A stretch of 64,000 nucleotides of DNA from an uncultured virus (IMG/VR IMGVR_UViG_3300026549_002477) (taxonomy: Duplodnaviria; Heunggongvirae; Uroviricota; Caudoviricetes), in IMG/VR virus record IMGVR_UViG_3300026549_002477; one strand, written 5' to 3'. Numbering within the stretch: position 1 is the first letter of the stretch; each line of letters begins with the position of its first letter. The notes beneath the pieces were generated by a model that was not told the DNA's origin, made no database searches, and saw nothing but the letters and a program-made list of their open reading frames with translations. Of this stretch, positions 21,037 to 30,970 are shown piece after piece. A program made the position numbers and the translations under genes.

Positions 21037-22458
21037 ATGTCACAGATGGGCAGATATATTGTTAATGAGACAATGCATAATTTTGATAAGATCAAGATTG
21101 ATGATATTGATTTTATAAAAAACGATTTATCTTTATATGTTGTCAATGTCAATAAGACTTGTGATAATGATATAAACAAGTATTACAAGTTCATTAAAAT
21201 GGCGCTTAGAAAAGGTAACAGAGTTATTCTTCTAAGTAAAAATGATGGAAATACATCATTTAGAACTCTGGCAAACTTGATGCTTTCTTATGATGCATAT
21301 GACATTTATAAGATGCCAGGAGAAAAAATATTAACTGCTGATTATCTTGATAAGTTAATCAATCATAAGCCAACATTTAATGAGGTAGAAACTTATGTTG
21401 GTGGTGATGTTGCAGCATATGCTTCTATTGATACTTTGATGATGGGTATTGAGAGTCTTACAGAAGATGGAAATGTAGAAGCATTAGAGAAGTTTATGGA
21501 CAATCATAGTATAAGTCTAGATAGCTTAACTTCTACATTGAATTATATGAAGGGTATTTGTAATAATGTAAATACTAAGGCACAAGTAGAACAGATTGAT
21601 GAACTTAGTAAAAAGATTGAAGAGCAAGAAGCCAAATTAAAAACTCAAAAAGCTGAACTTGCTAAAATGAATACAAGTAATGAAGAACTTCAAGAAATGT
21701 TATCTAACATTAAGACAGAAAATGAAAAACTTAAGAGCACAAACAGAGAACTCCAGAATGATCGTGATGGGCTTGGTGGGTTTACTATCAAATCATATAA
21801 AACAGTTAACATGGGATTGCTTAAATGTACAACTAAAATAGTAATTTATATTAAGGAAATAAGCTATGTAAGGTATGTAAATAGCTTAGTTCATAATATA
21901 ATGTTCCTTCTCAAGTCAAAGGGAGCTAAGGCAAAGCTTCTTATATATGATGACAATCCAGGGTTTGCTAATATATACAATGGATTTACAGTTGTAACAG
22001 GAGATGTTTATAAGAATAGTAAAACTACAATATTGGGTAAATCTTCATCCATTCTTGTAGTTGAGCCTATACAAAATTTATTGGAAGATATACTTCAGTC
22101 AGAAGAAAATCTTGATGTTGTTATAGTTTATGACAGAATGAAGAACACAGAAGATCTTGTTAAAGGTAATCTTGTTACAAAATTCTTTGTAATAAACAGT
22201 ACATCTGATTATAACAATATGCAGGGTAATCTTAAAATTGAGAAGACTTCCAATATAATTATGCCATCTAATTCTTCAATGGTTAACAACAAGAATATTG
22301 TTAATGATCCATTGGATATAGGAACAATACCTGGGTATTCAGGCATGACAGACGTTGCTAAAACGGCTAAGTACTTTAGACTTTTAACATCTAAGAATAA
22401 ATTATTGATTACTGAGATATTTAAAAGATCTAAAGTTGACAAAATAACATCAATTTGA
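21037..22458 (+). CDS. Hypothetical protein with a central coiled coil
   Basis: GGAG RBS, heptad-rich segment (QIDELSKKIEEQEAKLKTQKAEL...), located between the MinD-like and VirB4-like genes. Confidence 0.82.
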   Translation: MSQMGRYIVNETMHNFDKIKIDDIDFIKNDLSLYVVNVNKTCDNDINKYYKFIKMALRKGNRVILLSKNDGNTSFRTLANLMLSYDAYDIYKMPGEKILTADYLDKLINHKPTFNEVETYVGGDVAAYASIDTLMMGIESLTEDGNVEALEKFMDNHSISLDSLTSTLNYMKGICNNVNTKAQVEQIDELSKKIEEQEAKLKTQKAELAKMNTSNEELQEMLSNIKTENEKLKSTNRELQNDRDGLGGFTIKSYKTVNMGLLKCTTKIVIYIKEISYVRYVNSLVHNIMFLLKSKGAKAKLLIYDDNPGFANIYNGFTVVTGDVYKNSKTTILGKSSSILVVEPIQNLLEDILQSEENLDVVIVYDRMKNTEDLVKGNLVTKFFVINSTSDYNNMQGNLKIEKTSNIIMPSNSSMVNNKNIVNDPLDIGTIPGYSGMTDVAKTAKYFRLLTSKNKLLITEIFKRSKVDKITSI

Positions 22459-22477
22459 TTTAAGTTGGGTATAAGAT

Positions 22478-24751
22478 ATGGGTATTTTTGGTCTTTCTAA
22501 GGAAGAAAAGGAACAGCTGGCAGCAATGCAACAGTATCAAAATGATCCTGCAAATGCTGTATTAAATAATCCTGCTGAAAATCAGACAACAAATGATAAA
22601 AAAGATAAGAATAATAATAATCAGCAAGGAATATCTGATTTTGAGAAGCAGAGAATACTAAACGGTGATGCACCAATAATAACTCGAGAGAAAAAGCAGA
22701 AAGACAAATTAAGCGATAGACTGGCTATGTATGATATGATACTGGCAAATATAATTGCCGGTGAATCTATCATTGAACCTAATATGAAGCTTGATAGAAG
22801 TCAAATACATATAGGGTTTAGTGATATAGCTTCGCAAAGTCAAATGACTAAATACTTTATGTTGACTAAACTTCCTGATTATATACCAACGAAATTTTAT
22901 GATAAGTGCAGAAGTGTTTGTTTAAAGCCAGGCATAAGGATTAATTTTTATACATATTGTATACCACATAAGGTAGATTGGAATTCACCAGAGATGAAAA
23001 ACCGAATGTCTGTGTGGAGGAATTATGCTAAGGAACATGATGGGTCAATTGATGTATTTAGTTATAGAGACCAATATAAACAAGCTACAACAAGAGATAG
23101 GTTGATTAGATCCACAGAATATTTAAACGAAGCAGAAATAGTTTATAAGAGATCTACTTTTAAAGCTACATTTATTATCACAGTATCAGCTAAAAGAACT
23201 GAAGATGCTTTAGTAAATATGCAGGATTGCATAAATGATTTAAAGCACTTTTGTTCTGGTTATGATATTAAATGTCAGGAATTAAGAGTAAACATGATAG
23301 ATTGGATTCGTGCTATTGGTATATTCAGTATGAATCCAAGTAAAGAGTTATCACACAGAATTGCAAGAAGAGTTATGACAGATGATGTTCTTGCAAACTG
23401 GAATAGCTATAAACAGGGACGTGTAGGTACTTCTGGAGTACCTCTTGGAATAGATGTTTTATCCGGTGGGCCTGTTCCATGGAAATTTAAAGCTGATCCA
23501 GATGGAGCTGACAACTGGTTAGTTAGTGCAGCAACAGGTGGTGGTAAATCATACTGGGTTAAGACAGTTGCAACTTATCTTTTAGCAGATGGATTTGTTG
23601 GGTGTGTAATGGACTATGAAGGCGATGAGTATAATCCATTAGCTGACTATATAAGGGCTGGGAATCCAAAAGATGTAAAACTTGTATCTATGGGTAAGTC
23701 TAGTAATGTTTACTTTGATCCATGTGAGATAGGTGATTTAACTGGAGATGACTCTGTTGACAGTGAATTAAAAGAGAATGCAGTTGGATTCATACTCGCT
23801 ATATTTAAGATCATTGTTTGTGGACTAGACGGAATGTTTACAAGGGAACAAGAAAGAATTATGTCTCTTGCAATACAAAGAATGTATGATATAGCTGGCG
23901 TTGTAGATGATAGGCCAGATACTTGGAAAAGAAGCGAGGGATTAAGGTTATCTGACGTTTACCAAGAAGTTGTAAACATGGTTGAGGACAAGGAGTTTGT
24001 TGGACAGGATGATGGTGATTTAAAACATAATGCAGCTGTAAGTATAAGAGATGCAGCAAGCATATATTTTGAAGAGGGTGAAGCAAAGTATGGTGTATTT
24101 GGCCACCCAATGTCAATAAATGAATTACATGATGCAAAGTTAATAGTTTTTTCATTTGGTATGAGAGGACTTGGAGATAGTGCAACTGATCAAACAATAT
24201 TAGCTTTGAAACAGTTATCAGTTGCATACATAAATATCCAGATTTCAAACTATTGTAAATATGTAAAACATTGTTTTAATTTTAAGATTTGGGAAGAGTT
24301 TCAACGTTGGGGAAATAGCCGTGGGTCTGATGAAATTATTAGTAATGCAATTACTGGTGGTCGTAAACGTGGAGATGTGAATTTTATCATAACAAATGAT
24401 TTAAATGCATTGTTAAATGAAGACAAGCCATTAAACACAAGATTAATAAGCAATATTCAAAACTTTGCTATTGGATACCAACCAGATAAAGATGTAAGAG
24501 AAAAATTTTGTGTTAAATTTCATCAAGAGGATTGTTTAGGTGCACTTGAGCAAATTGCTATTGCATCTAATAAAAAATCTAAAGAAGAACAAGCTGGGCA
24601 AAAGACAGCAGTTTCTAATAATAAATATACACATGCTTTTTGTTTGATGCTAGAGGATGGTAGTAGAGCAGTTGTTAGAGTTGAACTTCCTAAATCAATA
24701 GCTGATTCTGACTTGTTCAGGACTGGTGTTAAAGTCAAAGAAGAAGGATAA
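22478..24751 (+). CDS. virB4: VirB4/TraE-like conjugation ATPase
   Basis: NWLVSAATGGGKSY Walker A, MDYEGDEY, Walker B-like WEEFQRW and GRKRG, in the order typical of VirB4. Confidence 0.8.
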   Translation: MGIFGLSKEEKEQLAAMQQYQNDPANAVLNNPAENQTTNDKKDKNNNNQQGISDFEKQRILNGDAPIITREKKQKDKLSDRLAMYDMILANIIAGESIIEPNMKLDRSQIHIGFSDIASQSQMTKYFMLTKLPDYIPTKFYDKCRSVCLKPGIRINFYTYCIPHKVDWNSPEMKNRMSVWRNYAKEHDGSIDVFSYRDQYKQATTRDRLIRSTEYLNEAEIVYKRSTFKATFIITVSAKRTEDALVNMQDCINDLKHFCSGYDIKCQELRVNMIDWIRAIGIFSMNPSKELSHRIARRVMTDDVLANWNSYKQGRVGTSGVPLGIDVLSGGPVPWKFKADPDGADNWLVSAATGGGKSYWVKTVATYLLADGFVGCVMDYEGDEYNPLADYIRAGNPKDVKLVSMGKSSNVYFDPCEIGDLTGDDSVDSELKENAVGFILAIFKIIVCGLDGMFTREQERIMSLAIQRMYDIAGVVDDRPDTWKRSEGLRLSDVYQEVVNMVEDKEFVGQDDGDLKHNAAVSIRDAASIYFEEGEAKYGVFGHPMSINELHDAKLIVFSFGMRGLGDSATDQTILALKQLSVAYINIQISNYCKYVKHCFNFKIWEEFQRWGNSRGSDEIISNAITGGRKRGDVNFIITNDLNALLNEDKPLNTRLISNIQNFAIGYQPDKDVREKFCVKFHQEDCLGALEQIAIASNKKSKEEQAGQKTAVSNNKYTHAFCLMLEDGSRAVVRVELPKSIADSDLFRTGVKVKEEG

Positions 24752-24755
24752 ACTT

Positions 24756-24911
24756 ATGTATTTCTTATTATTCATTGTGATTATATTTGCTGTATACATT
24801 GTATCTTTCAAAGATAACTTTGATAAAGAACAGGTTGACAAAGTTGCTTTGTTTGTAGCTATTATTGGCATTCTTGCAGTAGCATTGATAGTTTTAACTA
24901 GTATATTTTAA
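24756..24911 (+). CDS. Small two-TM membrane protein (51 aa)
   Basis: AAGGA RBS, two hydrophobic segments, fills the gap between VirB4 and FtsK. Confidence 0.7.
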   Translation: MYFLLFIVIIFAVYIVSFKDNFDKEQVDKVALFVAIIGILAVALIVLTSIF

Positions 24912-24922
24912 GGGGCAATAAT

Positions 24923-27475
24923 ATGGGATTATCTAGTAAAATGAGTCAGAGCGACATAGATGCTGTTAATATGGCAAACAATCACTCTGAGTATGAAGAT
25001 GGATTTGGAACAGACGATGCTTTAAATGAAGCTTTTAATAACTCAAGTGATCCATTTGGTGGAGGCCAGAGTGATGAAAGTGATCCATTTGGTGGATCTT
25101 CTGATAATCCATTTGGTGGAAACAATGATCCATTTGGTGGAAACAATGATCCATTTGGTGGAAACAATGATCCATTTGGTGGAAACAATGATCCATTTGG
25201 CAGTAACAATAATCCATTTGGCAGCAACAATAATGGGTTTGGCAATGATCCATTCGGACAGAATCCATTCGGACAGAATGTATTCGGACAGAATGTATTC
25301 GGACAGCAACAGCAGGAACAAAAGCCAGACATAACTGATAAGATTTTCGATGCATCTGAAGATTCGATTGTAGCTCTTGGACATGTTATTGTTGATATGT
25401 TCAAAAGTTTTAAATTAAGAACAGCTGATGATATAGGATACTTAAATAGAAATATATTAATAGTTGGATTATGCATAGCAGCATTGGGGGCTATACTTGT
25501 ATTAGTTGGGGCTGTTGCTAATATACCAGTATTAACTTTTGGAAAATTTGGTGGTCAAACATTTCTTAGTGGAATGCTTGCTCTTGGCACAGGTTTAATA
25601 GGAATTGCAGCAGCATCTCTTATACTTGAGAAAAATGCTGCAAACAATTTAGCTGATTCACAAAACATAGATGGGGTTCTTGGAGATGTTTCAAGTAAAA
25701 CTAATGATGCATCTAGTGATTATGAAAGCAATATAGATGATGAATTAGACAGTTTGTTTGGGACTGATTCAACACCAGATAATAGCGATATATTTGGTAC
25801 AGAAACAGTAGATGATGCAGATACAGAGAAAACTGATAGTGAACTTGATGGATTGTCTTTAGGTGACGATGATGAAGCTAATATAGCACCTATTGATTTT
25901 GAAAAAGAAATAGCTGAAAATGTAACAGAAAACGCAGTATTAACAAGAGAAACATTGTTTAATACATTCAAAACATTGTTACCAACTAATACACCAAATT
26001 TTGCAGATTCTTGTGATATATCTGAAGGATCTGATGATTGGAATACACTTAATGCAATGTGCATTAAGTCAATAGCTAATAAAACTGGAGTTGATATGAC
26101 AACATTGATTCAAAGCGGAGTACATCTAGTCTCTGCTTCAGAGACAATGTTTGCATATACTATTAAATGTTCTAGATATAATAAAATTAAACCAGAAGAC
26201 CTTGCTTTTGAAATTGAAAACTATATGAAAGCAGATGAAAAAGATGATATTAAGCAAGGTATACATGCTACAGCTGAATTAGACGGAGATAATTTTAAGA
26301 TCATAGTAACTAGAGGTAAACAAGCAATAGTTACTATGGGTGATTGTCTCAGACAGAAATATGTAGATGATTTCTTTTTAAATAAAAAGAATAAAATACC
26401 AATGATCCTTGGACTTGATGAACTTGGAAATGTCATAATGGAAGATGGTAAAGGACTTCCATCAATGGTTATATCTGGTCTGGCTCGTTCTGGTAAATCA
26501 TGGTTAGTTTTGGAATTAATACTTTGTGCAATATTGTTTAATCCACCAACTGAAATTCAGTTGCTGATCATAGATCCTAAGGAAAGCAATCTGTTTAAGA
26601 CTATAGCATTACTTCCACATGTGTTTGGATTACATAATCATAATCATATATTAACATTGCTTGATGATTTAATCAATATAGAGGCTCCAAGGCGTAAACA
26701 AATATTAGCTGATAACAGATGTGATGATATTTGGGCAGCTAAAAAGAAGGGTGTCCAGATGCCAGTCATCTATATTGTAATTGATGAGTTTTTAACTGTT
26801 GTAGGTTCATTTGATGCTGATGGTAAAAAAGAATTAAATAAAAAGCTTTTAACTGTTCTTACACAGATGCCATCATTGGGTATATTTATTATAATTATAG
26901 CTCACCGTACTACAGGAGCAGTCGATAAGACTATGCGTGAGCAGTTCCAACTGGCAGCTGCAGTTAGAGCAATGTCAGCTGAAGATGTATGTGATACATT
27001 GAACATTAAGAAATGGAATAGAACACTTCCAAACCCCGGTGATATGGCTTTGAGAACATCAAATATGAGAAGCGGTCCGACATATGCAAAGGGTTTAGCT
27101 GTTACTACAGAAGATGCAGACAACATGATGTTTATTGAAGCAGCAGCAAAAGCTTTTTATAAGATGGGTGTTGAGATTCCAGACATGAGTTATTTAAGGG
27201 CTTGTTATAATAGAAACTTAAGTAACATAAAGAAACAACTTGGAATTGATACTGCAAACATAGTTCAGTTTGATGCTAATGGAAATAAAGAATCAGATAC
27301 AAGTAAGGATAATTTAAATATAAGTAGGAGTGATTCAGAACCTAGTGATTTTGATAATATAGACATTGATGATTCTGACATAACTGATGATAATGATGAT
27401 ATGGACATAGTAATGGATGATGTTAATCAGGATAGAGATAATATATTAAACGATCTGAACAGTGATAATTGGTGA
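24923..27475 (+). CDS. FtsK/SpoIIIE-family ATPase (TcpA-like coupling protein or DNA translocase)
   Basis: Two TMs, SMVISGLARSGKS Walker A, IIDPKE, YIVIDEF Walker B, IIIAHR, LPNPGDM. N-terminal DPFGG repeats and acidic C-tail. Confidence 0.87.
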   Translation: MGLSSKMSQSDIDAVNMANNHSEYEDGFGTDDALNEAFNNSSDPFGGGQSDESDPFGGSSDNPFGGNNDPFGGNNDPFGGNNDPFGGNNDPFGSNNNPFGSNNNGFGNDPFGQNPFGQNVFGQNVFGQQQQEQKPDITDKIFDASEDSIVALGHVIVDMFKSFKLRTADDIGYLNRNILIVGLCIAALGAILVLVGAVANIPVLTFGKFGGQTFLSGMLALGTGLIGIAAASLILEKNAANNLADSQNIDGVLGDVSSKTNDASSDYESNIDDELDSLFGTDSTPDNSDIFGTETVDDADTEKTDSELDGLSLGDDDEANIAPIDFEKEIAENVTENAVLTRETLFNTFKTLLPTNTPNFADSCDISEGSDDWNTLNAMCIKSIANKTGVDMTTLIQSGVHLVSASETMFAYTIKCSRYNKIKPEDLAFEIENYMKADEKDDIKQGIHATAELDGDNFKIIVTRGKQAIVTMGDCLRQKYVDDFFLNKKNKIPMILGLDELGNVIMEDGKGLPSMVISGLARSGKSWLVLELILCAILFNPPTEIQLLIIDPKESNLFKTIALLPHVFGLHNHNHILTLLDDLINIEAPRRKQILADNRCDDIWAAKKKGVQMPVIYIVIDEFLTVVGSFDADGKKELNKKLLTVLTQMPSLGIFIIIIAHRTTGAVDKTMREQFQLAAAVRAMSAEDVCDTLNIKKWNRTLPNPGDMALRTSNMRSGPTYAKGLAVTTEDADNMMFIEAAAKAFYKMGVEIPDMSYLRACYNRNLSNIKKQLGIDTANIVQFDANGNKESDTSKDNLNISRSDSEPSDFDNIDIDDSDITDDNDDMDIVMDDVNQDRDNILNDLNSDNW
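25047..25306 (+). repeat. In-frame repeats: 21-bp NNDPFGG units and 15-bp FGQNV/FGQNP units
   Basis: aacaatgatccatttggtgga tandem copies followed by ttcggacagaat(cca/gta) copies. Confidence 0.92.
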
Positions 27476-27486
27476 TGAAGTTATAC

Positions 27487-27523
27487 TAAATGAGCTTTTC
27501 AAAAATAATGAGAAGCTCATTTA
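27487..27523 (+). terminator. Terminator-like hairpin after the FtsK-like gene
   Basis: taaatgagcttttc ... gagaagctcattta, followed by attttg. Confidence 0.7.
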
Positions 27524-27604
27524 ATTTTGCTTATACATAATAATTAACCTGTATATAATTAAATAATAAATTTAATTTTTATTTTAATTAAAAGAGGTTT
27601 CAGC

Positions 27605-29416
27605 ATGGCTGAAAGAAAAGATTTAACTGGAAAAATGATAGGTAGATACCATGTTGATAAATATTTAGGAAAGAAAAAGTATTTATGTACATGTACAATT
27701 TGTGGAAATCAAAAAGAAGTAGCTGCTTATAACTTAAGAAAAAACTTAAATAATCCAAACTTGTGTTGTAAACAGTGCACAGGAAAGATGCACAAGATGG
27801 TTTATGACAAAGGAATGATAGGGAGAAAGTTTGGAGATCTTACAGTAATAAAGCGTTCACATGATATATATTATTTATGCAAGTGTAAATGTGGTAGAGA
27901 AGAAGAAATAAATCGTAACTATTTGTTAGATGGTTCTATTACAGCTTGTAAATTATGCAGATCATCAAAAGGTATGCAGGATTTACGCGGAAAAACATTT
28001 GGTGATTGGGAAGTAATAGGATTAGATGAATCAGATAATCGTAGAACACATTGGATTTGCAGGTGTAAAAAGTGTGGAAGAACAGTTAGTGTTATAGGGT
28101 ACAATTTAACTTCTGGACACACTACATCATGTGGATGTGATAAACAAATAGATTTAACCGGAAAGCAGTTTGGGCACTGGAAAGTACTAGAGTATGTTGG
28201 TAATGAATTTTGGAAATGTAAATGTGATTGTGGTACAATAAAAAATGTACATAGTTGGGAATTGCGTACTGGTCAGTCAACTTCTTGTGGTTGTCAGAGA
28301 TATGCAAAAATGAAAGCGACCAGCATAGAAAAATATGGGGATATATTTTATAAAAATATTGACAGTCCAAGAACAGAAGAACAAATAAATGCATATGACA
28401 ACTATAATAGTTTGAGGGATTTTATAGATAAACACTTCGAGAACAATATGCCAACAACTAAAGAATTGGCTGATACAAGTGGAATTAATGTAGCAAATAC
28501 TCTAAAAAAGATACATAAAATAAATGCTGAGAATCTTGTGAAAATAGGGGAATCAACAGAAGAAAAAACATTTTATGAGTTCATATATTCTAATACAAGT
28601 CATGATGTTATAAGACATGATAGGAGCCTATTAGGAAATTTAGAAATAGATGTTTACATTCCAGATTTGAGATTAGCTTTTGAATATGATGGTGATCTTT
28701 GGCATAGTGATATATACAAAGATAAAGATTATCATAGAAATAAATCTATCAGATGTGCAAATAAAAATGTCCAATTAATCCATGTATATGAGCATGAGTG
28801 GGTTGGAGAAGACAGAAATAAAATAGAATTATTCATCAAGGATAAATTAGATGAAAACAAAGAAAAGGTATATGCACGTAATACTGAAATAAAGCGTTTG
28901 GGAATAGAAGAAGCAAATGAATTTATAGATAAATATCATTTACAAAAATCTGTAAGTAGTAATATAGCTTATGGATTATATTATAATAATGATTTAATAC
29001 AAGTAATGACATTCTGTAAACCAAGATTTAGCAAAGAATACGAATGGGAAATACTTAGAGAAGTAACTAAATCTGGTATAATTGTTGTTGGTGGAACTGA
29101 AAAATTACTATCAGCATTTAAGAATGAATATAATCCAAGATCAATAATAACTTATGTCAATTTTGATAAATTTATTGGCATAAGCTGGATTAGCAAAGGA
29201 TTTAAAAAAGCTAATCCATTCATGTCAGATATTGACTATGTTTGGGTGTCTGAGTCTAATCCAAGTACATATTATCATAGATATGATACAATGAAACAAA
29301 AATTAATTAAAGCTGGGTTATGTACGGAAGATCAGACAGAAGATGCTGCAATGAGAGCAGCTGGTTTTTTGAAAGTATATGGATGTGGTAACTTAAGATA
29401 CCAGTATATTACTTAG
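27605..29416 (+). CDS. Hef-like homing endonuclease: zinc-ribbon repeats, Vsr/PD-(D/E)XK-like nuclease and C-terminal GNAT-like domain
   Basis: Four DL.GK.FG.W.V...C.C.CG repeats, nuclease motif LEIDVYIPDLRLAFEYDGDLWH, and C-terminal ARNTEIK...FIDKYHLQ...YGLYY...MTF...EWEILR...GG.EKL as in phage Hef-like proteins. Confidence 0.75.
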   Translation: MAERKDLTGKMIGRYHVDKYLGKKKYLCTCTICGNQKEVAAYNLRKNLNNPNLCCKQCTGKMHKMVYDKGMIGRKFGDLTVIKRSHDIYYLCKCKCGREEEINRNYLLDGSITACKLCRSSKGMQDLRGKTFGDWEVIGLDESDNRRTHWICRCKKCGRTVSVIGYNLTSGHTTSCGCDKQIDLTGKQFGHWKVLEYVGNEFWKCKCDCGTIKNVHSWELRTGQSTSCGCQRYAKMKATSIEKYGDIFYKNIDSPRTEEQINAYDNYNSLRDFIDKHFENNMPTTKELADTSGINVANTLKKIHKINAENLVKIGESTEEKTFYEFIYSNTSHDVIRHDRSLLGNLEIDVYIPDLRLAFEYDGDLWHSDIYKDKDYHRNKSIRCANKNVQLIHVYEHEWVGEDRNKIELFIKDKLDENKEKVYARNTEIKRLGIEEANEFIDKYHLQKSVSSNIAYGLYYNNDLIQVMTFCKPRFSKEYEWEILREVTKSGIIVVGGTEKLLSAFKNEYNPRSIITYVNFDKFIGISWISKGFKKANPFMSDIDYVWVSESNPSTYYHRYDTMKQKLIKAGLCTEDQTEDAAMRAAGFLKVYGCGNLRYQYIT

Positions 29417-29425
29417 AGGATTAAA

Positions 29426-30970
29426 ATGAACTTCTCGAATCTAACATCAGATATAGGTATTAACTTGGGAAGTTTGGATACAGCTATAGACTATTTAAAT
29501 GGTAACAGTAGTTTATACGAACCTGAACTAACTGAAGTTAAGCAAAACCTTTTTAATAAAAGAGTCACTACAGACCCTATACAGGTTGTAAAGCCAGCTA
29601 AACCTAGAGCTACAAAGGAAGCAATAGTAAAGAGGTTTAGTTTATTTAATGGTGAAACAGAAAGAATACAAAGTTCATCAGATGAAGATATTGATTTAAA
29701 CTTAGATATTGATGATGAAACATATCAAAATGAAGATCAATCAAGTGAGAGTGTAGAGTTTACAGCTGATGATTTTAATAAAACTAAGAATAAAAATTTG
29801 AATAATTTGAATAAACAGCTTTCAGACGAAATACAGGCTAAAGATGCACAAATATCTTATCTAATGGCTCAATTGCAGGCCAAAAATAATACTGATAGTA
29901 ACATTACTAAAAAATCAGATGACTCTGAAGAAAATTCTGATATAGAGATTGATGATTTTGAGAATTATGATAATTCAGATACAGAAGTAGATAATATAAA
30001 CTTAGAGAATAATCAAGAGACTGAAGATAGTTCATTTGAAATAGAAGATTCATCTGGATATGAAGATGATGAACCAGATGAAGAAGATGAACCAGTTGAA
30101 ACTAATAATCAATCATTTGAAGTGGATGATGAACCAGATGAAGAAGATGGTATATCAATAGATTTCAATGCACCAAATGAATCAAATGATACTGATGAAG
30201 AAGATGGTATATCAATAGACTTTAGTACACCAGATGAATCATATAAACCTAATGAAGTGCCAAAAGTAACTAATGAGACATCTAAAGTAGCTGCTGAAAA
30301 TGATACACAAACAAATAATGATGAAGATGAATTTGATTTTAGTGACTTTGAGACTGATGATGAACCAGATGATGAAGAGCAAGATGAAGACAGCAATAGC
30401 AATGAACAAAACGGTAGTGATATTAGCAATGATGAAATAGATATAGATAGTTTTAGTTTAGATGACACAGAAGATGAGAATAAACAAACTACTGAAGTAA
30501 GAAATGTTACACAGGAAACTGTTAATAAGCCAGTTGAAAATACTAATCAAAATATAAATGATGAGTTGGAATCTCTTAGAAAGCAATTAGCTGAAGCAAG
30601 AGATGAGATAAATAAGATTAAAAATGATAGAACAGCAGATAGAACCAAAGAAGTAAAGAGTAAAAGTATTGAAAATTCAAAACCAAATGCGCCAACATTA
30701 CAAGCTGTTAAGAAAGTTACAAATACAGTAAATAGTGTTTCAAGTACACAACATATTGTACAGAAACCTTCACATGAAAATCCATATGATAATATGACAA
30801 TAGATAAGTTATATGGGTGCGTAAAGGTTTATATGATAAAAGCTGGTGTAACTAGAAGAGCAATAGATTTGGATGTTCTCAATAAAAAATTTGGTTCAGC
30901 TAACATAAGTAAATTAATTAAGAAAAGTTACTTGATCAAGATAGGAAAAGGAGTAACAATAGGAAGATGA
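29426..30970 (+). CDS. Acidic low-complexity hypothetical protein with a small basic C-terminal domain
   Basis: AGAGG RBS, D/E-rich centre with short duplications, coiled coil, basic C-terminus. Confidence 0.82.
   Translation: MNFSNLTSDIGINLGSLDTAIDYLNGNSSLYEPELTEVKQNLFNKRVTTDPIQVVKPAKPRATKEAIVKRFSLFNGETERIQSSSDEDIDLNLDIDDETYQNEDQSSESVEFTADDFNKTKNKNLNNLNKQLSDEIQAKDAQISYLMAQLQAKNNTDSNITKKSDDSEENSDIEIDDFENYDNSDTEVDNINLENNQETEDSSFEIEDSSGYEDDEPDEEDEPVETNNQSFEVDDEPDEEDGISIDFNAPNESNDTDEEDGISIDFSTPDESYKPNEVPKVTNETSKVAAENDTQTNNDEDEFDFSDFETDDEPDDEEQDEDSNSNEQNGSDISNDEIDIDSFSLDDTEDENKQTTEVRNVTQETVNKPVENTNQNINDELESLRKQLAEARDEINKIKNDRTADRTKEVKSKSIENSKPNAPTLQAVKKVTNTVNSVSSTQHIVQKPSHENPYDNMTIDKLYGCVKVYMIKAGVTRRAIDLDVLNKKFGSANISKLIKKSYLIKIGKGVTIGR

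Noticed and set aside
22478..27475. Type VII secretion (EssC) interpretation of the FtsK-like ATPase
   Set aside because: It has a single ATPase domain, no FHA domains or WXG100 genes were seen, and the adjacent VirB4-like gene favours conjugation.
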